Shown one piece after another: positions 59,040 to 64,000 of a DNA stretch of 64,000 bases; position 1 is the stretch's first letter; every line of letters begins with the position of its first letter. Both the position numbers and the translations under genes were made by a program. This DNA is from Spirochaetia bacterium. Its GTDB lineage: Bacteria; Spirochaetota; Spirochaetia; SZUA-6; Bin103. Location: the NCBI GenBank assembly GCA_965203905.1, contig CBDBDQ010000005.1:2240001-2304000 (forward strand), given 5' to 3'. The notes beneath the pieces are model-generated. The model was not told the origin of the DNA, did no database searches, and was given only the letters and a program-made list of their open reading frames with translations.

Positions 59040-59545
59040 CGCGGCGCCTCCAGCACGAGCGGCGGGCCGTCCGCCCCGAACGACATTTCCACCAGGTTGT
59101 CGCCGGGACCCCCGCGGTCGACCACCACGAAATCGGTCTCGCGGGTCATGGCGATCACCGGATGGTGCCACACGCCGCGCGCGTAATTCACGCCCTGGCG
59201 GCCGTCGGTCACGAAGGCGCGCACCGCCGCCGGCCGTGGCGTGGCGCCGGCCGGCGCCACCACGATCAGAAACGGCGCGGCGTCCAACGGGATGAACGCC
59301 TGCGAGCCGAGCGGGTGCTGTTCCAGGAGGCGGATGGTGAGCGGCAGCGCCAGCGGCCGCGCCCGGAACAGGTTGATCAGCGGGAATCCGCCGCCGGCCG
59401 CCACATCCACGCGCGCCAGGTCGTGGAAGCGCACGGTGGTGCCGTCGTTGATCACCCGCCGCTCCGCGCCCTCCGTCTCGATCACCTCGCCGAACGGCGC
59501 AAAATCGCGTTGGATGAGCGGGACCGGTGCGAGGCGGTGAGTCAT
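59036..59545 (-). CDS. allA: Ureidoglycolate lyase
   Basis: [42 protein letters not shown]. Confidence 0.93.
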   Translation of the reverse strand: MTHRLAPVPLIQRDFAPFGEVIETEGAERRVINDGTTVRFHDLARVDVAAGGGFPLINLFRARPLALPLTIRLLEQHPLGSQAFIPLDAAPFLIVVAPAGATPRPAAVRAFVTDGRQGVNYARGVWHHPVIAMTRETDFVVVDRGGPGDNLVEMSFGADGPPLVLEAPR

Positions 59546-59610
59546 CGTGCGACTATCCCGAAACCATGTCCAGCAGACGAACCAGGTGCAACCGTCTTCA
59601 TGGTTGCGTA

Positions 59611-60672
59611 CTACTCCTGCACCGGCGTGCCGAACAGGCGCAGCCGGGCCACGCCACCGTCCGGGACGATGTTGAGGTGGACGTGCGACACCGGCTGCGG
59701 GGCGTCGGCGGGAATCACGAAGGTGTGCTCGCGGTCGGCCTGCAGCGGCTGCTCGGGAAGCAGTATCGGCCAGAACATCGACTGCGCGATCACCGACTCC
59801 TGCAGCTTGCCGAAGTGCTCGGCGAGCAGCGCGCCCTGCAGTGAGCAGCGGTCGGGGAAGTTGCCCTTGAAGTGGCTGGTGTCCACCACCACCCGGTCGA
59901 TGATGCCGGGACGCGCCAGCGCGATGATGCACCAGTCGTGGCCCGGTTCCCGGCGCCGGCGCGTCTCCCAGCCCTCGCCGGCGTCACGCGCCCGGTCGGG
60001 ACGCAGGATGTTGGCTGGGTGGCCGTAGTGGGAGTTGTTCCACGCCACCGCCACCGCGCCGTTGCGCGCGCAGCCCAGGTCCACGGCTCCGCGCTCGGCC
60101 AGCGCCCCCCAGTCGGGGTCCGGGCGTCCGAACACGCGCAGGCGCGCCACACCGCCGTCCGGGAGCAGATTGAGACGGACGTGACTGACCACTCCGGCGC
60201 CGGCAACCTCGAACAGGTGATGCGAGTCGGGGCCGATCGGCGCCGGCGGCACCAGCGTGACCCACTCGGTGGCCGCATCGGGATCGCCCTTGCAGTAGCA
60301 GCCCTCCACCGACGCGGCGGGCGGAAAGTTGCCGGTGAAGTGGCTGGTGTCGATGTCCACCGAGAACACCTCGCCCGGGGTCGCCAGCCGCACCACGCAG
60401 TAGTCGTGTCCGCCGCGGCGCCGGCGCCGCGACTCCCAGCCGTCCATCCACTTGCCGTGATCGTCGTACTTGTCCGGCAGGAACACCGCGTCGTGCGATT
60501 GCAGCATCCGCGTCATCGGTCCGAAGAACTCGTCGCTGCACGAGATCGCCCGCGCGCCGAGCCGGGCGTCGGCCAAGTTGGTCGTGTAGCCCTGCCCGGG
60601 CTGGGTCGTGGCGCTGGAATCGACGCGGGCATCCGGCGCGGCGCCGCCCGCTGCGGTGGATTCAGTTGCCAT
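59611..60672 (-). CDS. alc: Allantoicase
   Basis: Duplicated GWESRRRR / [26 protein letters not shown]. Confidence 0.96.
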   Translation of the reverse strand: MATESTAAGGAAPDARVDSSATTQPGQGYTTNLADARLGARAISCSDEFFGPMTRMLQSHDAVFLPDKYDDHGKWMDGWESRRRRRGGHDYCVVRLATPGEVFSVDIDTSHFTGNFPPAASVEGCYCKGDPDAATEWVTLVPPAPIGPDSHHLFEVAGAGVVSHVRLNLLPDGGVARLRVFGRPDPDWGALAERGAVDLGCARNGAVAVAWNNSHYGHPANILRPDRARDAGEGWETRRRREPGHDWCIIALARPGIIDRVVVDTSHFKGNFPDRCSLQGALLAEHFGKLQESVIAQSMFWPILLPEQPLQADREHTFVIPADAPQPVSHVHLNIVPDGGVARLRLFGTPVQE

Positions 60673-61573
60673 GGGGATGATGTTGCCTCCAGTGGCGGGC
60701 GATGTCGATGCGCCGGCAGCACCACACCGCCTCGTGGGCGAGTACGTGGTCGAGGAACCGCGCCACGGCGGCGAAGCGTCCGGGGCGTCCGGCAAGGCGG
60801 CAGTGCAGCCCCACCGACATCATGCGCGGGGTATGCTCGCCCTCGGCGTACAGCACGTCGAACGCGTCGCGCAGGTAGGCGAAGAACTGGTCGCCGGAAT
60901 TGAAGCCTTGCGGCGTCGCGAAGCGCATGTCGTTGGCGTCCAGGGTGTAGGGCACCACCAGGTGGGAGCGCCCGGCAACCTCGGTCCAGAACGGCAGGTC
61001 GTCGTTGTAGTCGTCGGCGTCGTACAGGAAGCCTCCCTCCTCCACCACCAGGCGGCGGGTGTTGGGCCCGGTGCGTCCCGTGTACCAACCCAGTGGCCGC
61101 TCCCCGGTGAGCTCCTGGATGATCTCGACCGCCCGCCGCAGGTGCTCCCGCTCCACCGCCTCCGGCACCTCCTGGTAGTCGATCCAGCGGTAGCCGTGGC
61201 TGCAGATCTCGAAACCGTTGGCCAGGGCGGCGTCGGCCACCGCCGGGTTGCGCTGCAGGGCCATCGCCACCGCGAACACCGTGACCGGCACCTGCCGCTC
61301 GCGGAACAGCTCGAACAGCCGCCACACGCCGACCCGGCTGCCATACTCGTAGATCGACTCCATGCTCATGTGGCGCTGACCGGGGAACGGGCGCGCCCCG
61401 ACGATCTCCGAGAGGAACGCCTCCGAGGCCGCGTCGCCGTGCAGGATGCAGTTCTCACCGCCTTCCTCGTAGTTGATCACGAACTGTACGGCCACACGCG
61501 CGGCGCCGGGCCAGCGGGCGTGGGGCGGAGTGGGGCCGTAGCCCTGCAGATCCCTCGGGTAGGCGGCTTCCAC
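60662..61573 (-). CDS. puuE: Allantoinase PuuE (polysaccharide-deacetylase fold); start approximate
   Basis: YPRDLQGYG, NYEEGGENC.LHGD, ESIYEYGSRVG, SHGYRWIDY, MSVGLHCRL.GRPGR. Confidence 0.95.
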   Translation of the reverse strand: MEAAYPRDLQGYGPTPPHARWPGAARVAVQFVINYEEGGENCILHGDAASEAFLSEIVGARPFPGQRHMSMESIYEYGSRVGVWRLFELFRERQVPVTVFAVAMALQRNPAVADAALANGFEICSHGYRWIDYQEVPEAVEREHLRRAVEIIQELTGERPLGWYTGRTGPNTRRLVVEEGGFLYDADDYNDDLPFWTEVAGRSHLVVPYTLDANDMRFATPQGFNSGDQFFAYLRDAFDVLYAEGEHTPRMMSVGLHCRLAGRPGRFAAVARFLDHVLAHEAVWCCRRIDIARHWRQHHPHGN

Positions 61574-61670
61574 GTCGCGAGCCGCGCTAACGCCCCAAGA
61601 GCGCCACCGGGGCGGCGCTTTTGGCCCATCCCGTCCGATCACTGGGAGGCAGTCGCAATTCGACAGCCTC

Positions 61671-62582
61671 CTAATGGCGGCCGAACAGAGCGAAGGCGAA
61701 GTTGGCGGCGGGCGGCGGCATGTCGCTGCGTCCCTGCAGGTAGCGCTGTGCCTGTTCGTCGGGCGGGACGCTGTCCAGCTCCGAGAAACCGGCGCGCGCC
61801 AGCTCGGCGGTCAACTCCTCGGGGGCGAACGTGGACCGCATCGGCTCGCCGCGCTTGGCCACGAACTGATCCACCTTGTCGGCGAACAACAGGCTCTGCT
61901 CCGGAATGAGCCGGCGCGGGTACTTGTAGTCGAGGACGATCCTGCTGCCGGATGCGGTCACCGCGGATACCCGCTCGAGGGTTTCCCGGATCGCCTCCTT
62001 GGTCAGGTAGTAGATGGTCCCCAGCCACGAGAAGAACGCAGGGGCGCTGCGGTCGTAGCCGGCTTCCATCAGCTTCTCGTCGAGCCGGTCGCTCTCGAAG
62101 TCCACGGGTACCAGCACCAGGTTGGCGGGAACGCTGCCGTTGATGGCGAGAAGCCGTTCGCGTTTCATCGCCTGCGAGGCGGGGTGATCCACCTCGTAGA
62201 TGCGCAACTGGCCGGCGAGTTCCGCCTGGCGCAACGAGAAGGTGTCGAGTCCCGCTCCCAGGATCACGTATTGCGCGACCCCGCTGCCGACCGCCTCCTG
62301 CAGGCGGTCCTCGGCATAGCGGATGCGCAGGATGTTCTCGGTGTGTATCGGCCGGAACACGCGCAGCAGGCGGTGGACGATGAGCCGGTTCAGGAACCGG
62401 TTGGTTGCGACCAGGCGCCAGAACGGCGTGGTCATCTGCAGCGCGTAGTCGTCGGAAAAGATCGGTGGCCGGTCCCAGCGCAGATGACTGGCCCGAATCG
62501 CAGCTACCAGCACCGCCGTTCTGCTCGCCCGCAGATCGCGCCCGTCGCTCCGAGCTCCGCTCTGCTGCCCGTCGTCAGCCAC
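61671..62582 (-). CDS. SAM-dependent methyltransferase (LCM/YktD-like); start approximate
   Basis: QYVILGAGLDT, YEVDHPASQ, PVDFE, WLGTIYYLT. Confidence 0.9.
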   Translation of the reverse strand: MADDGQQSGARSDGRDLRASRTAVLVAAIRASHLRWDRPPIFSDDYALQMTTPFWRLVATNRFLNRLIVHRLLRVFRPIHTENILRIRYAEDRLQEAVGSGVAQYVILGAGLDTFSLRQAELAGQLRIYEVDHPASQAMKRERLLAINGSVPANLVLVPVDFESDRLDEKLMEAGYDRSAPAFFSWLGTIYYLTKEAIRETLERVSAVTASGSRIVLDYKYPRRLIPEQSLLFADKVDQFVAKRGEPMRSTFAPEELTAELARAGFSELDSVPPDEQAQRYLQGRSDMPPPAANFAFALFGRH

Positions 62583-62721
62583 CGCACGCGCACAGTATCG
62601 GGATCGGAATCGACACACAAGAGCAGCGAGTCGTCATCGCGGCCGACGCCACAATACCGGAATGCACCCATCATCGAGCGCGCGATTGCATCGGGCCGGT
62701 GGAATGCCGTACCGTGCCGGC

Positions 62722-63753
62722 ATGGCTTCGGTACGCCCGCTCGGTCCGCAGGTCGAGGCGCCGGCCCCGGCGCCGGGAACGCCTCAGCCGGTGGACCCGG
62801 CGCCCGGCATCCAGCCGCCCACGGCGGCGGACTTCCCCGGCTGCAAGCCGGTGCGCCTGCCGCGCGAGGAACTCGACGCCTGCGAGATCCGGCTGGAATA
62901 CTGGGACTCCGTCTCCGAGACCGCCTGGATCTGCGATCCGGTCAGCTCCTGGCACGAAGGCCCCGCGCATGGCTTGACCGCGTTGGCCGAGCGCATCGCC
63001 CAGGTGCGGGGTGGGGCGGTGGAGTGCTTCGGCAGCACCGACCTCACCGAGCGCGACGCGCACGGCGAGCCGCGCCTCATCATGCAGGCGGACCAGTCGG
63101 TGTACCTGCACCCGGCGCGCGCCCGGTTGCCGCGTCCGGTGCTGACGGTTGGCGAGCACGACTTCCCGGACGTGGTGCTGGAAGTGGACCACAGCACCGA
63201 CGCGCGCCGGCGCAAGCTGGGGCAGTACGAGGCGTGGGGGTTCCCGGAAGTGTGGATCGAGGTGCCCGATGTGGGTGCGCCGAGCCGGCCGCGGAGCCGG
63301 CGCTCGGGGCTGACCATCCACCTGCTGGAGGATGGGGCGTATCGGGAGTCGGCGCAGAGCCGGGCGTTTCCCGGCTGGACGGCGGCGGAGATCCACGCGG
63401 CGCTGAACGAGGACACGCTTTCAGTGCCGACCAGCGCGGTACTGGAGCGGGTGGGAGCGGCGCTCGGGGAGCGGAAGGGCACCGGCCCGGACGACGACCC
63501 CCTGCTGGGCGCGCAGCGCCGCCGCAGCCGCGCGGAAGGTCATGCCGAAGGCCATGCGGAAGGCCGCGCCGAAGGCCATGCGGAAGAACGCATCCAGTTT
63601 GCACGAGCGCTGTTGGCGGCGCGCGGCATCGTGCTCGCGCCCGGATTCCCCGGCGTGCCCGGCTTCGCCGAACTGCCCCGCCACGCCATCGTCGCGGCCG
63701 CCACCGCCTGCGTCAGCGAGGCCGACTTCCGGAAGCGTCTGCACAGCCGGTAG
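62722..63753 (+). CDS. Uma2-family (PD-(D/E)XK) endonuclease with Rpn-like C-terminal repeat tail
   Basis: HE, FGSTDL, QADQSVY, PDVVLEVD, KLGQYEAWGFPEVW, SRAFPG; tail RAEGHAEGHAEGRAEGHAEE. Confidence 0.85.
   Translation: MASVRPLGPQVEAPAPAPGTPQPVDPAPGIQPPTAADFPGCKPVRLPREELDACEIRLEYWDSVSETAWICDPVSSWHEGPAHGLTALAERIAQVRGGAVECFGSTDLTERDAHGEPRLIMQADQSVYLHPARARLPRPVLTVGEHDFPDVVLEVDHSTDARRRKLGQYEAWGFPEVWIEVPDVGAPSRPRSRRSGLTIHLLEDGAYRESAQSRAFPGWTAAEIHAALNEDTLSVPTSAVLERVGAALGERKGTGPDDDPLLGAQRRRSRAEGHAEGHAEGRAEGHAEERIQFARALLAARGIVLAPGFPGVPGFAELPRHAIVAAATACVSEADFRKRLHSR
63529..63588 (+). repeat. Five imperfect 12-bp coding repeats encoding (R/H)AE(G/E)
   Basis: cgcgcggaaggt catgccgaaggc catgcggaaggc cgcgccgaaggc catgcggaagaa. 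Confidence 0.85.
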
Positions 63754-63845
63754 CCGGCCAGGAGCCGCCTGCCGCCCTACCCGCCGCGCGCCATCATCGA
63801 GGCCGGATCCCCATCACCGGCTGGTTCGTGGTATTCTGATGCACC

Positions 63846-64000
63846 GTGTTGTCTCCCCGCCAGCCGCGTCGGGGTCATGGGTACCCCGAACTGAAGCCAC
63901 TTCTGGACCTGTATCTGGGCAGGGTGCGCGACCGACTCGGGGAGAGCTTGTCGGCGGTAGCCCTCTATGGCTCGGTTGCCCGCGGACAGGCGCAGGCGGC
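63846..64000 (+). CDS. Minimal nucleotidyltransferase (MNT) domain protein, 5' part (runs off window end)
   Basis: Manual translation: ..PELKPLLDLYLGRVRDRLGESLSAVALYGSVARGQA; the YGSxARG motif of MNTs; start uncertain. Confidence 0.8.
   Translation, partial: MLSPRQPRRGHGYPELKPLLDLYLGRVRDRLGESLSAVALYGSVARGQAQA

Overview
High-GC bacterial chromosomal window with about 60 genes, mostly solute uptake and catabolism. The signal peptides of the substrate-binding proteins (e.g. ATGLWAAGAEE) resemble those of Spirochaetia; this is an inference from sequence style only. Contents: three peptide/nickel-type ABC clusters (two are paralogous SBP-permease-permease cassettes with no ATPase), a carbohydrate ABC cluster, several Gfo/Idh/MocA and xylose-isomerase-like TIM-barrel genes, SulP, TSUP, an arylsulfatase, a LolD/FtsX/LolA-like/beta-barrel envelope module, and an allantoin cluster (puuE-alc-allA) ending in an ADP-ribosylglycohydrolase. 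Toxin-antitoxin and PD-(D/E)XK nuclease genes are interspersed: a parDE relic, vapBC, higBA, a partial MNT, an Rpn remnant, an AAA-nuclease and a Uma2 gene. The best candidate for an undescribed system is a divergon at 34.2-40.3 kb. An HxlR regulator, npdG, cofE and a HIT gene face an NMT1/THI5-type ABC importer plus an F420-type LLM oxidoreductase across a 64-bp spacer, and two tandem 17-bp operator-like boxes span that spacer and the regulator start codon. I propose this as a deazaflavin (FO/F420) scavenging module. Other leads: conserved leader motifs and a framework/variable mosaic in the paralogous SBP cassettes, an orphan RpnS-like internal ORF, and a structured non-coding region with its own candidate promoter. 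I recognised no rRNA, tRNA, CRISPR array or intact IS. Two genes carry single-base deletions that may be sequencing errors.
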